A stretch of DNA of 64,000 nucleotides from an uncultured Chromatiales bacterium (lineage in GTDB: Bacteria > Bacteroidota > Ignavibacteria > SZUA-365). Position numbers and translations under genes: made by a program. This document shows, one piece after another, positions 17,294 to 26,751 of this stretch (positions are counted from its first letter, which is position 1; every line of letters starts with the position of its first letter). Location: positions 1,989 through 65,988 of the forward strand of contig CAYJMN010000015.1 of NCBI GenBank assembly GCA_964371045.1, read 5' to 3'. The notes beneath the pieces are model-generated. The model was given only the letters and a program-made list of their open reading frames with translations. It did no database searches and was not told the origin of the DNA.

Positions 17294-19504
17294 ATGATGA
17301 ATAACGATCTCCCCGATGATAGTGGTGGCACGGAAAAAACGCAAGCGCCGTTGACGCTGGAAGGTACGCTGGACCGTGTGGTGTGGACCTCACCGGACGG
17401 CGTATTTATCGTTGGCCGCATCCGTGTCGAAGGCGAGCTGTTTCCGATAGGCATCGTCGGAGAAATGCTGTCTCCTGTGGTCGGCGACAATTATCTCCTT
17501 AGCGGCGGCTGGGAGGAGCATCAGAAATACGGCAAGCAATTCCGCTTCACCTCGTATGAACTGCTGTACCCGAGCACGACGGAGGGCATCGTGCGCTACC
17601 TCTCTTCAGGCCTGATTCGCGGATTGGGAAAATCCCTGGCCGGCCGAATTGTCGAACGCTTCGGGACCGATTCCATCCAGGTGATGAACGAGCACATCGA
17701 GCGCCTCCTTGAAATCGAGGGGATAGGAAGCAAGAAGCTTGAGGGCATCCGTAAGGCATGGGAGATGCAGAGGGGTGTACAGCACGTTATGCTGTTCCTC
17801 AAGGAGCACGGCATAAGCACCACGTTCGCCGTACGGATTTATAAAGCGTACGGACTGCACGCAGTACATGTCCTGCTGGAAGACCCCTACAGGTTGGTGC
17901 ACGACGTGGAAGGAATAGGCTTCGCCGTGGCCGACAGGATCGCGCGCGGCATGGGTATAGCGGCGGACGATCCCCGCAGGCTGCTCGCCGGCGTGGGCTT
18001 CGTCCTCCGTGAAGCTGCGAGGCGCGATGGACATAGTTGTATCCCGACAGCGGAGTTTATCCATCACGCTGCCGCTCTCCTGGAAGCCGAAAGCGACGAC
18101 GTCGGTATCGCGTTGCGACAGGCGTCGGAACAGGGACTGGTGATCCTGGAGGACAATGTGGTGTTCGTGCCGGAATTGTTCCATGCCGAACGTGTGGTGG
18201 CCGAAGAGATTCGCCGCGCCTTCGGTGAGCACTGGAACGGCATCGATCACCTCGGGCTGGACACGCTGCTAAGTTCCATCGAAGCCGCGCACAACCTGCG
18301 CTTCAACGCTCAACAGGTGGAGGCCATACACAAATGCCTTGCCGGTCCTCTTTGCATCGTGACGGGAGGCCCGGGTACCGGAAAAACGACAACCCTGCTC
18401 GGCATTCTCGAGGCGGCTGCCACGCTCGAGCTGCGTACCGCGGTCTGCGCTCCCACCGGACGCGCCGCGAAACGGATTACCGAGATGACCGGCGTTGAGG
18501 CGCGCACGATCCACAGAATGCTTGAGTACGATCCCAAGTCGGAGACGTTTCAGCGCGGAGAGGACAAGCCGCTTGAAGCGGATATTCTGGTTGTGGACGA
18601 GTTGTCGATGGTTGATCTTCCGTTAATGGCGGCGCTCCTGCGGGCAAGGCCGACCGGCTGTCGCATCGTGCTGGTTGGGGATGCCGACCAGTTACCCTCC
18701 GTCGGTCCGGGCACGGTGTTGCGGGATTTGCTAGCCTGCGGCGAGATCGATGTGGTTGTGTTGAAGCTGGTGTTCCGACAGCAAGCGCACAGCAGCATCA
18801 TTACGAACGCGCATCGTGTGCGCGACGGATTCATGCCTGTATTCGATACACGGCTTATAGACGGAGGCCAGACGTTTTTCCGCGAAGTAGGGCAGGGCGA
18901 GAACATCGCGCAGCTGATCCGCGATCTGGTCGCGGAACGCATCCCTCGCGAGCTGGATTGCGATCCGGTCCGGGACATCCAGGTTCTTTCGCCGATGTAC
19001 AATACATCCGCCGGGGTGACGAATCTGAACCATGTTCTCCAGAAAGCACTCAACGCGGGTGGTCGCGTGCTCATGCAGCGGGGCGACCGGGTGTTCCACA
19101 GCGGCGACAAAGTAATGCAGATCCGGAATGACTACGAAAAGGACGTGTACAATGGCGACATAGGCTACGTGCGGTCCTACGACGAAGACGAGCAGGTTCT
19201 GCGCGTGCTTTTCGATAATCGTACCGTGGAATATCCACCCGAGGACACTGACGATCTGGTACTGGCCTACGCGATCACCATTCACAAGAGTCAGGGCAGC
19301 GAGTATGATATCGTGATCGTTCCCATGGTGATGCAGCATCGCATCATGCTCAGGCGCACGTTGCTGTACACGGCCATGACACGGGCGCGGAGCATGCTGG
19401 TATTGCTCGGACAGAAAGCCGCACTTTCCCTTGCCGTGAACACAGTCCAGGAACAACTGCGATTCGGGCGGCTTCGCGAACGGCTGATCGCGGAACTCCG
19501 GTAA
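17294..19504 (+). CDS. recD2: ATP-dependent RecD2-like DNA helicase (start uncertain)
   Basis: N-terminal [11 protein letters not shown]/HhH region, [11 protein letters not shown], Walker [46 protein letters not shown]. Confidence 0.93.
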   Translation: MMNNDLPDDSGGTEKTQAPLTLEGTLDRVVWTSPDGVFIVGRIRVEGELFPIGIVGEMLSPVVGDNYLLSGGWEEHQKYGKQFRFTSYELLYPSTTEGIVRYLSSGLIRGLGKSLAGRIVERFGTDSIQVMNEHIERLLEIEGIGSKKLEGIRKAWEMQRGVQHVMLFLKEHGISTTFAVRIYKAYGLHAVHVLLEDPYRLVHDVEGIGFAVADRIARGMGIAADDPRRLLAGVGFVLREAARRDGHSCIPTAEFIHHAAALLEAESDDVGIALRQASEQGLVILEDNVVFVPELFHAERVVAEEIRRAFGEHWNGIDHLGLDTLLSSIEAAHNLRFNAQQVEAIHKCLAGPLCIVTGGPGTGKTTTLLGILEAAATLELRTAVCAPTGRAAKRITEMTGVEARTIHRMLEYDPKSETFQRGEDKPLEADILVVDELSMVDLPLMAALLRARPTGCRIVLVGDADQLPSVGPGTVLRDLLACGEIDVVVLKLVFRQQAHSSIITNAHRVRDGFMPVFDTRLIDGGQTFFREVGQGENIAQLIRDLVAERIPRELDCDPVRDIQVLSPMYNTSAGVTNLNHVLQKALNAGGRVLMQRGDRVFHSGDKVMQIRNDYEKDVYNGDIGYVRSYDEDEQVLRVLFDNRTVEYPPEDTDDLVLAYAITIHKSQGSEYDIVIVPMVMQHRIMLRRTLLYTAMTRARSMLVLLGQKAALSLAVNTVQEQLRFGRLRERLIAELR

Positions 19505-19689
19505 TTCGGAGGAACCGCATCGCCTATTCAGCGGAGGGCGAAGACGGTGGCGGTCACTATGAGACGGCATGAGGCACGTGACGTTCACCCCCGATTTTCG
19601 CCAATTTTCGCTTTTATCACAATTGGTTTTACGGGTCAAATTTAGTATTCTTCCATGTCATTCGCCGTTGAACCAACACCGCCTCATAT

Positions 19690-20589
19690 ATGCGGGAGGC
19701 ACAGCCCGGCATTACGAGAGCACTGGATATGTTCAAGAATAAACGTCCGTTCAGTCTGGATACAATAAAACTGTCGAACCCTCAAAGAGTAGCGGTCGGC
19801 AAGTTGCTCGCGATGCAGAAGAACAAGTACAAAAAGCTTCTGCACGAAGCGCATGAGCGTATGCATATCATCGCGGACCTTGCAACGAATGTTGAATTCT
19901 GGTACAACGTCAACGGTATTTTCGAATACGTCAGTCCCTCCAGCGCAACCGTGTTGGGATATGCTCCCGAAGCATTTCTCAATGAGGGTCTCAAGCTCGA
20001 AACGATCGTCCCTCCCGAAGAGAAAGAGAGATTCCGCAAGGACAAGTCGCGCGCGTTGGCCGGCGAATCGGGCTCCGACGTCGAATATCCCTTTATCGCC
20101 ATGGACGGCGCCACACACTGGATGCTCATGACCTGGAGTCCCGTAACGACGCGTCGGGGCAAGCATATCGGCGTACGTATCAGCCTGCGCGACATCACCG
20201 AATACAAGCAGTGCCAGCATTTTTCACGCGCTTACGAACAGTTGATGCTGACGATTTCAGACGAACTGGAAAGCGTGGCGATTTTTTCCGTTACACCTGA
20301 AGGCGCCGTCAAAACGTGGAATCGCACCGCTGCGGCATTATTCGGATACGACAAGAGCGAAATGCCGGGAGTGGATTTTATCACGCTGTTCAGCACCGTG
20401 GTCGATCTCGAAAAGGAACTCCCCGATTTCACGACCTTCACATGCGATACGAAGCTTGAACGCAAGATGACCTTCCGGAAGAAGAACGGTATGGACTTCG
20501 TCGGCCGGATCACGTTCTGCGCCTTATGCGATCACACGGGGACGCTGCATCAGGTAACATGCCTGTTGCCGACGTCCGCCGGAAGCTAA
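19690..20589 (+). CDS. Tandem PAS-PAS protein with no output domain
   Basis: EYVSPSSATVLGYAPEAF...SLRDITEYK (PAS1) and VKTWNRTAAALFGY...FRKKNG (PAS2). It stops directly after PAS2. Confidence 0.8.
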   Translation: MREAQPGITRALDMFKNKRPFSLDTIKLSNPQRVAVGKLLAMQKNKYKKLLHEAHERMHIIADLATNVEFWYNVNGIFEYVSPSSATVLGYAPEAFLNEGLKLETIVPPEEKERFRKDKSRALAGESGSDVEYPFIAMDGATHWMLMTWSPVTTRRGKHIGVRISLRDITEYKQCQHFSRAYEQLMLTISDELESVAIFSVTPEGAVKTWNRTAAALFGYDKSEMPGVDFITLFSTVVDLEKELPDFTTFTCDTKLERKMTFRKKNGMDFVGRITFCALCDHTGTLHQVTCLLPTSAGS

Positions 20590-20805
20590 CCTCGCGGGCT
20601 CGGACCGTTTCGCAAGCTTGCGAACGATCAAGGACGCTCTTCCCGACCGTAACACCGGTAATCCCGGCACGCATTTCGGTCCGTTTTCACGGAATATACC
20701 CTGCGACCGATCCGCACCCGGAAATCCCGAAACCTGAACGCCGCGCCGGAGATTATCTCCACATTCCATGCAGCGACGCCGCGCTCCGCCGCGGCAACGA
20801 ACATC

Positions 20806-22080
20806 ATGACCAACACCTTCGCACCATACATCAACCGCAGTTTGCGGTCAGGCTCGAAACCACATAAAAGTACGCTCGGCAACGGTATGCGCCTCGTTAC
20901 CGAGGAAGTGCCGGGTATACACTCCCTGTCGATCGGGGTCTGGATCAACACCGGCAGCCGCGATGAAGATCCCGCCGTAAACGGGATTTCTCATTTTATC
21001 GAACACATGGTATTCAAGGGTACCAAACACAGGCGCACGCATCACATCGCGCAATATCTCGAATCCGTCGGCGGCTATCTCAACGCTTATACCACCAAGG
21101 ACGGCACCTGCTATTACGCGCGCGTTCTGCAGCCGCATCTTGGCCGCGCTGTGAATCTGCTTGCGGATCTCATGATCAACGCCACGCTTCCCGAGCGTGA
21201 AATCGAAAAAGAAAAACAAGTCATTATCGAAGAAATGCGGGGCGCCGACGATGATCCCGAGGATCTGATCCACGATCGCTTCGAAGAGTTGTTGTATGGC
21301 GCGCATCCGCTCGGTCAGCCTGTCATCGGTCGGGAGGCCACGGTCCGCGCGCTCAACAGGGAAACGATTCAGCATTTTATCGGCGAGCATTATATCGCCG
21401 AAAACCTGGTGGTGACCGCTGCCGGGTCGGTCAATCATGATGAACTTCTCGACATGTGCGAGCGGGAATTCGCTTCCCTTCCAAGGGGAACCGCCGTCCG
21501 TCGGCGCAAACCGGGACGCATCCGCGGGGGAGAGAATCAGTGCGCGCGCGCGGTGCAGCAGTCGCACATCGTTATCGGAAACATCGCGGACGGGTACGCA
21601 CGCGATACGCGCATGGCTCTGCAGGTGTTCAGCGCCTTGTTGGGTGAGGGAATGAGCAGTCGGCTGTTTCAGCGGATACGCGAGAGGCACGGGTACGCGT
21701 ACAACGTGTACTCGTTCGTGAATTCCTATATCGATGTTTCGACGCTCGGTGTGTATCTCGGCGTCGAGCAGGGCAGGGAGCAGCGCGCGCGGGAACTCGT
21801 GCTTCGTGAATTGGAGGATCTGGCCGTGCGTCCGGTCTCCGTAAGAGAACTGAATCGCGCACGCGAGCAGGTGATTGGCGGGATGTTGCTCGGTCTCGAA
21901 AGCATGAGTTCGCGCATGACCAGACTTGGCCGCGACGAAATCGGACTGGGCCGCGACCTGCCGCTGGAGAAACTGCTGCAGGGCATGCGGGAACTCACAC
22001 CCGAAGATATTCAGATCCAGGGAGCGGCCTTGCTCAACGGCGAAGGTCTCTCGACGGCCATTGTCCATCCCCAGGCCTGA
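20806..22080 (+). CDS. M16 family (pitrilysin/MPP-like) zinc peptidase
   Basis: GISHFIEHMVFKGT (HxxEH), LNAYTTKDGTCYY, SSRLFQRIRE. Confidence 0.93.
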   Translation: MTNTFAPYINRSLRSGSKPHKSTLGNGMRLVTEEVPGIHSLSIGVWINTGSRDEDPAVNGISHFIEHMVFKGTKHRRTHHIAQYLESVGGYLNAYTTKDGTCYYARVLQPHLGRAVNLLADLMINATLPEREIEKEKQVIIEEMRGADDDPEDLIHDRFEELLYGAHPLGQPVIGREATVRALNRETIQHFIGEHYIAENLVVTAAGSVNHDELLDMCEREFASLPRGTAVRRRKPGRIRGGENQCARAVQQSHIVIGNIADGYARDTRMALQVFSALLGEGMSSRLFQRIRERHGYAYNVYSFVNSYIDVSTLGVYLGVEQGREQRARELVLRELEDLAVRPVSVRELNRAREQVIGGMLLGLESMSSRMTRLGRDEIGLGRDLPLEKLLQGMRELTPEDIQIQGAALLNGEGLSTAIVHPQA

Positions 22081-22257
22081 TCCGCCGCCGTACTCCATCT
22101 ATTCGATCGCGGACGAATAGTCCATATCCAATTTTGCGAATTGGGGGCTGTCTCGTTACATTTGACAGGATAACGCGCCTCCGCCCGTTCAGCGATCCGC
22201 AGGCAGGACCCCGCCGGTATGGCAATGGATGTTTCAGTCACCGACAGCGACCCTCTC

Positions 22258-23469
22258 ATGAAATCCGCACCTCAGCTCTCCCGCCGCGCCTCCATCATGC
22301 CGGCATCGCCTATCAGGAAGCTCGTTCCGCTCGGCGACGAGGCGAAGCAACGCGGCACGCACGTGTATCACCTCAATATCGGTCAGCCCGACATCGAAAC
22401 CCCCGTCGAATTTTACGACGCGGTCCGAAGCTATCGGGAGAAAGTGATCGCTTACGGTAATTCCCAGGGAATCCGTGTGTTTATCGAAAGTTTGCAGCAC
22501 TATTATCAAACGCTGAACATCCCGTTGCGGTACGACGACATTCTGATCACCACTGGGGGATCGGAAGCGATCATGTTCTCGATGATGGCCATCGCCGAAC
22601 CGGGTGACGAAATCATTGTGTTTGAACCGTTCTATACCAATTACAACGGCTTCGCGATTATGGCCGGAGTCACTCTGACGCCCGTCGCAACGTCGGTCGA
22701 AGACGGATTCCACCTCCCTTCCATGAAGGAAATCGAGCGCCACATCACTCCGCGCACACGCGGCATAGTAATCTGCAATCCGAACAATCCGACCGGAACC
22801 GTACTGCGCGACGACGAATTGTCCATGATTCGCGATCTCGCGTTGAAGCACAACATCTACGTGCTTTCGGATGAGGTGTACCGCGAATTCGTTTATGAAG
22901 GACGCGCCATGAGCGTACTCGAACTCGAAGGCCTGGAAGATCACGCCATCGTGATGGACAGCCTGTCGAAACGGTACAGCTTGTGCGGTGGACGCATGGG
23001 CTGCGTCATAAGCCGCAACCGCCGTTTCATGGACGTGATGCTGCGTTTTGGCCAGGCGCGGCTTTGCACCGCGACGCTCGAGCAAATCGGTTCGGCCGCG
23101 CTCGTCGCGGAAGGAGCGAAGTACTTCGATTCCTTTATCGCCGAGTATCGCGATCGGCGCGATGCGACCTACGAGGAACTGCTCAAGATCCCCGGCGTGC
23201 TGTGCCGGAAACCGAGCGGAGCATTTTACATCATGGCGCAATTTCCCGTGGACGACATCGAGAAATTCGCTTCGTGGATGCTGACCGATTTCAGCGACGG
23301 CAACGAAACGACGATGATCGCACCGGGTCCCGGCTTCTACGCGACGACAGGACGGGGCATAAACGAAGCGCGCCTCGCCTACGTACTCAATGCTCCGTCT
23401 TGCCAGCGGGCTGTCGAGCTTATCGGAAAAGGCATCGTTGAGTTTTCACGACTGTACAGAAAGGACTGA
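22258..23469 (+). CDS. PLP-dependent aminotransferase class I/II (aspartate aminotransferase-like)
   Basis: LNIGQPD, PFYTNY, ICNPNNPTG, SDEVYREF, DSLSKRYSLCGGRMG (PLP lysine). Confidence 0.92.
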   Translation: MKSAPQLSRRASIMPASPIRKLVPLGDEAKQRGTHVYHLNIGQPDIETPVEFYDAVRSYREKVIAYGNSQGIRVFIESLQHYYQTLNIPLRYDDILITTGGSEAIMFSMMAIAEPGDEIIVFEPFYTNYNGFAIMAGVTLTPVATSVEDGFHLPSMKEIERHITPRTRGIVICNPNNPTGTVLRDDELSMIRDLALKHNIYVLSDEVYREFVYEGRAMSVLELEGLEDHAIVMDSLSKRYSLCGGRMGCVISRNRRFMDVMLRFGQARLCTATLEQIGSAALVAEGAKYFDSFIAEYRDRRDATYEELLKIPGVLCRKPSGAFYIMAQFPVDDIEKFASWMLTDFSDGNETTMIAPGPGFYATTGRGINEARLAYVLNAPSCQRAVELIGKGIVEFSRLYRKD

Positions 23470-23478
23470 TCGCCCGAC

Positions 23479-25182
23479 ATGATAACCATCACGATCGACG
23501 GCAAGGAAATTCAGACCGATCCTTCGAAAACCCTCATCGAAGCGGCGTTCGAAAACGGTATTTACGTCCCGCATTTCTGCTGGCATCCCGGATTGTCCAT
23601 CTCCGGCAATTGCCGGATGTGTCTTGTGGAAGTCGAGAAGATGCCGAAGCAGGTCATCGCCTGTTCGACCCGGTGCATGGAAGGCATGGTGGTCCATGTC
23701 AATTCGGAGAAAGCCATCCAGGCACGCGAGGCGGTGATGGAATTCATCCTGATCAACCATCCGCTCGATTGTCCCATCTGCGATGAAGCGGGCGAGTGCA
23801 AATTGCAGGACTACGCCTACAAGTACTCCGTTGGCGAGAGCCGCTTTGACGAAGAGAAAGAGCACAAGCCCAAACGCATCAGACTGGGACCGAATGTCAT
23901 GTTCGATTCGGAGCGCTGTATCTCATGTTCCCGCTGCATCCGATTCTGCGAGGATATCGTCGGGTACCCGCAACTCACCTTCGTAGAACGGGGCGATCGC
24001 GTCACTATCGAGACCTTCCCCGGCAAATCGCTGGATAATCCTTATTCGATGAACGTCATCGACATCTGCCCGGTCGGCGCCTTGACCAGCGTGGATTTCC
24101 GTTTCAAGTCGCGGGTATGGGATATGTCGGACACCGCCACCATCTGTACCGGATGCGCGCGCGGCTGCAACGCGGATATGTGGGTGCGGCAGAATACCAT
24201 CCTGCGCCTTACGCCGCGTGAGAATCAGGAAGTGAACAATTTCTGGATGTGCGACGCCGGACGCCTGGAGAGCTGGCGTCATGTGAACGCCGACACCCGC
24301 ATTGACCAGCCTCTTCTGCGCAAGGACGGCGTGTTGTCGCCTGTGGATTGGGATGAAGCCTTCGCTTCCGTCGCTTCCGAATTGAAGGCCTTCCGCGGTG
24401 AGCAGGTCGCCGTTATCGCTTCCGGGTTCGAAACCTGTGAAGATAATTTCGTCGTCGCGCGCTTTGCCCGTGAAGTGCTGCGCACACCTTACCTCGATCT
24501 CGTGCCTCATACCGTTGCGGGGGACCAGGACGAATTCCTCGTTCGCGAAGACAAGACACCCAACAGCACCGGCGCACGGTTGGTCGGGATCCAACCGAAA
24601 GACGAGGCGCATGGATTGCACGGCATCATAGGCGGACTGCGGACCGGACACATCAAGGCGGTGGTCATCGCGGATTGGCGGGCATCGACGTACCCGGGAT
24701 TGCTCGATGCGTTGGCGAAGGCGCAGTACGTCGTCGCTGCCGCGAGCAACAGTTCGAAGATTACGGAACTCGCAGCCGCGGTGCTTCCCGCGGCGACCTT
24801 TGCCGAGGTGCTCGGCACCATGGTGAATTTCGAAGGGCAGGTGCAGCTCATTCGTCCGGCAGTCGCGACCGCCGAGAACGAGCGCTGGGCGGGAGGACTG
24901 GCGATGAGCCGTCTGGATAAGTTCGGCAGCGAATTCGATCGCTGGGGACGCAGCAAGCGCTACGACGCCCGTACCGGATCCCGGATCTTTTCAAACCTGG
25001 CGATGTTGCTTGGATCGAAATGGAAAAACGATCATCCCGAAGATATTTTCGATGAAATGGCCAACACCATCGAAGCCTTCAAGGGACTCGATTACGAACG
25101 CATCGGCCGCTGGGGCAAACGGCTTCGCGGCGAAGCGCCCGGGCATCTGCTCCCGTACATTTACAGTGATGTCCATCCCTGA
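23479..25182 (+). CDS. nuoG: NADH-quinone oxidoreductase subunit G (short form, 567 aa)
   Basis: HFCWHPGLSISGNCRMCLVE, HPLDCPICDEAGEC, CISCSRCIRFC...CPVGAL and CTGCARGC...CDAGR Fe-S motifs. Confidence 0.92.
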   Translation: MITITIDGKEIQTDPSKTLIEAAFENGIYVPHFCWHPGLSISGNCRMCLVEVEKMPKQVIACSTRCMEGMVVHVNSEKAIQAREAVMEFILINHPLDCPICDEAGECKLQDYAYKYSVGESRFDEEKEHKPKRIRLGPNVMFDSERCISCSRCIRFCEDIVGYPQLTFVERGDRVTIETFPGKSLDNPYSMNVIDICPVGALTSVDFRFKSRVWDMSDTATICTGCARGCNADMWVRQNTILRLTPRENQEVNNFWMCDAGRLESWRHVNADTRIDQPLLRKDGVLSPVDWDEAFASVASELKAFRGEQVAVIASGFETCEDNFVVARFAREVLRTPYLDLVPHTVAGDQDEFLVREDKTPNSTGARLVGIQPKDEAHGLHGIIGGLRTGHIKAVVIADWRASTYPGLLDALAKAQYVVAAASNSSKITELAAAVLPAATFAEVLGTMVNFEGQVQLIRPAVATAENERWAGGLAMSRLDKFGSEFDRWGRSKRYDARTGSRIFSNLAMLLGSKWKNDHPEDIFDEMANTIEAFKGLDYERIGRWGKRLRGEAPGHLLPYIYSDVHP

Positions 25183-25200
25183 CCCAAGAATCGGAGAATC

Positions 25201-26226
25201 ATGGACTTGATCGACATCCTCATCACCCTAGCCAAGATTGTCATAGTCTTCGGCGTCGTGCTTGTGACCGTTGCCGAGCTTGTGTATACGGAGCGAAAAA
25301 TCAGCGCCTGGATACAAAACAGGATCGGTCCCAATCGCGTCGGCTGGCACGGGCTCCTTCAACCATACGCGGATGTGATCAAGCTGCTGCTCAAGGAGGA
25401 TATTATTCCCGCCGCCGCCAATCGCTTCATTCACACCCTCGCTCCCGTGATATCGATCGGCGTGGCGTTCAGCACGTTAGCAGTGGTGCCGTTCGCGGGA
25501 CAGAAGTTTACGTTGTTCGAACGCGAGATTTCGCTCGTGATCGCCGACGTCAACATCGGCATTTTGTACATCCTCGCGCTGACGTCCATGGGTGTGTACG
25601 GCCTGACGCTGAGCGGTTGGTCGTCGAACAACAAGTACTCGCTCCTTGGCGGTTTGCGCTCCTCCGCGCAGATGATCAGCTACGAGCTTTCCATGGGCCT
25701 CAGCGTTATCGGCGTCATACTCATCGCGGGATCGCTGCAACTGACGGAGATCGTGGCTGCGCAATCGGGCTGGAAATGGAACATCGTGCTTCAGCCCGTG
25801 GGCTTCATCACGTTTCTCGTCGCGTCCTTCGCGGAAACAAATCGCACGCCTTTCGATCTACCCGAGGCGGAGCCCGAACTGGTGGGCGGCTACCATACCG
25901 AATACAGCAGTTTCAAATTTGCACTGTTTTTCCTCGCCGAGTACGCGAACATGATCACCGCGAGCGCCGTCATCACGACGCTGTATCTTGGCGGCTGGCA
26001 GGTTCCGTACCTGGAGCTGTTGAATCTTCCGGTCTGGGCCAACATCGCGGCGCAGGTTCTCGCATTCGCGTTCAAGGTCGCCTGTCTGCTGTTCGTGTTC
26101 CAGTGGGTGCGGTGGAGCGTGCCCCGTTTCCGTTACGATCAGTTGATGAATCTCGGCTGGAAGGTCATGCTACCGATCGCCCTGCTGAACGTCGTGGTCA
26201 CCGCCGCCGTCATGTTGTTGATGTAA
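25201..26226 (+). CDS. nuoH: NADH-quinone oxidoreductase subunit H
   Basis: ERKISAWIQNRIGPNRVG, SNNKYSLLGGLRSSAQMISYE, AETNRTPFDLPEAE, PRFRYDQLM. Confidence 0.97.
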   Translation: MDLIDILITLAKIVIVFGVVLVTVAELVYTERKISAWIQNRIGPNRVGWHGLLQPYADVIKLLLKEDIIPAAANRFIHTLAPVISIGVAFSTLAVVPFAGQKFTLFEREISLVIADVNIGILYILALTSMGVYGLTLSGWSSNNKYSLLGGLRSSAQMISYELSMGLSVIGVILIAGSLQLTEIVAAQSGWKWNIVLQPVGFITFLVASFAETNRTPFDLPEAEPELVGGYHTEYSSFKFALFFLAEYANMITASAVITTLYLGGWQVPYLELLNLPVWANIAAQVLAFAFKVACLLFVFQWVRWSVPRFRYDQLMNLGWKVMLPIALLNVVVTAAVMLLM

Positions 26227-26251
26227 AACGAATCGATCGGAAAGGACTTTC

Positions 26252-26749
26252 ATGTCGACACAACCCGGCAATAAATACGAGATGACGTTCTGGGAAAAAA
26301 TCTACATCCCCGAGATTCTGAAGGGGATGAGGGTGACCCTGGAACAGATGCTGAAAAAGAAGGACACGCGTGAATATCCCGAGGAGAAGTGGGTCCCGCC
26401 TCCATCGTTCCGGGGAGCGCCCGTGCTGGTGCTCGAGGAGAATGGCACGGAGCGCTGCGTCGCCTGCGGCTTGTGTTCACGCGTCTGTCCCGCGCTCGCG
26501 ATCGAGGTGCAGGCCGCGGAGACGGAACAGGAGAAGGAGCGCTACCCGGAGCTGTTCGAGATCAACATGCTGCGCTGCATCTTCTGCGGATTCTGCGAAG
26601 AGGTTTGCCCGGAGGAAGCGATCGTCATGAGTCCGCGTTACGAAATGGTGTTCACGGAATACGCGGACGCTCTCTTCGGCAAAGACAAACTCCTCACTCC
26701 CGTTGAGGAATTGCGACCCCGGCTCGAATATTTACGGGCGCACAGGTAG
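26252..26749 (+). CDS. nuoI: NADH-quinone oxidoreductase subunit I
   Basis: EYPEEK, CVACGLCSRVCP and CIFCGFCEEVCP (two 4Fe-4S motifs). Confidence 0.96.
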   Translation: MSTQPGNKYEMTFWEKIYIPEILKGMRVTLEQMLKKKDTREYPEEKWVPPPSFRGAPVLVLEENGTERCVACGLCSRVCPALAIEVQAAETEQEKERYPELFEINMLRCIFCGFCEEVCPEEAIVMSPRYEMVFTEYADALFGKDKLLTPVEELRPRLEYLRAHR

Positions 26750-26751
26750 CG

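Noticed and set aside
17281-17490. N-terminal extension of the yjbQ ORF to 207 aa
   Set aside because: It overlaps the recD2 start, and family similarity begins at GTG 17280.
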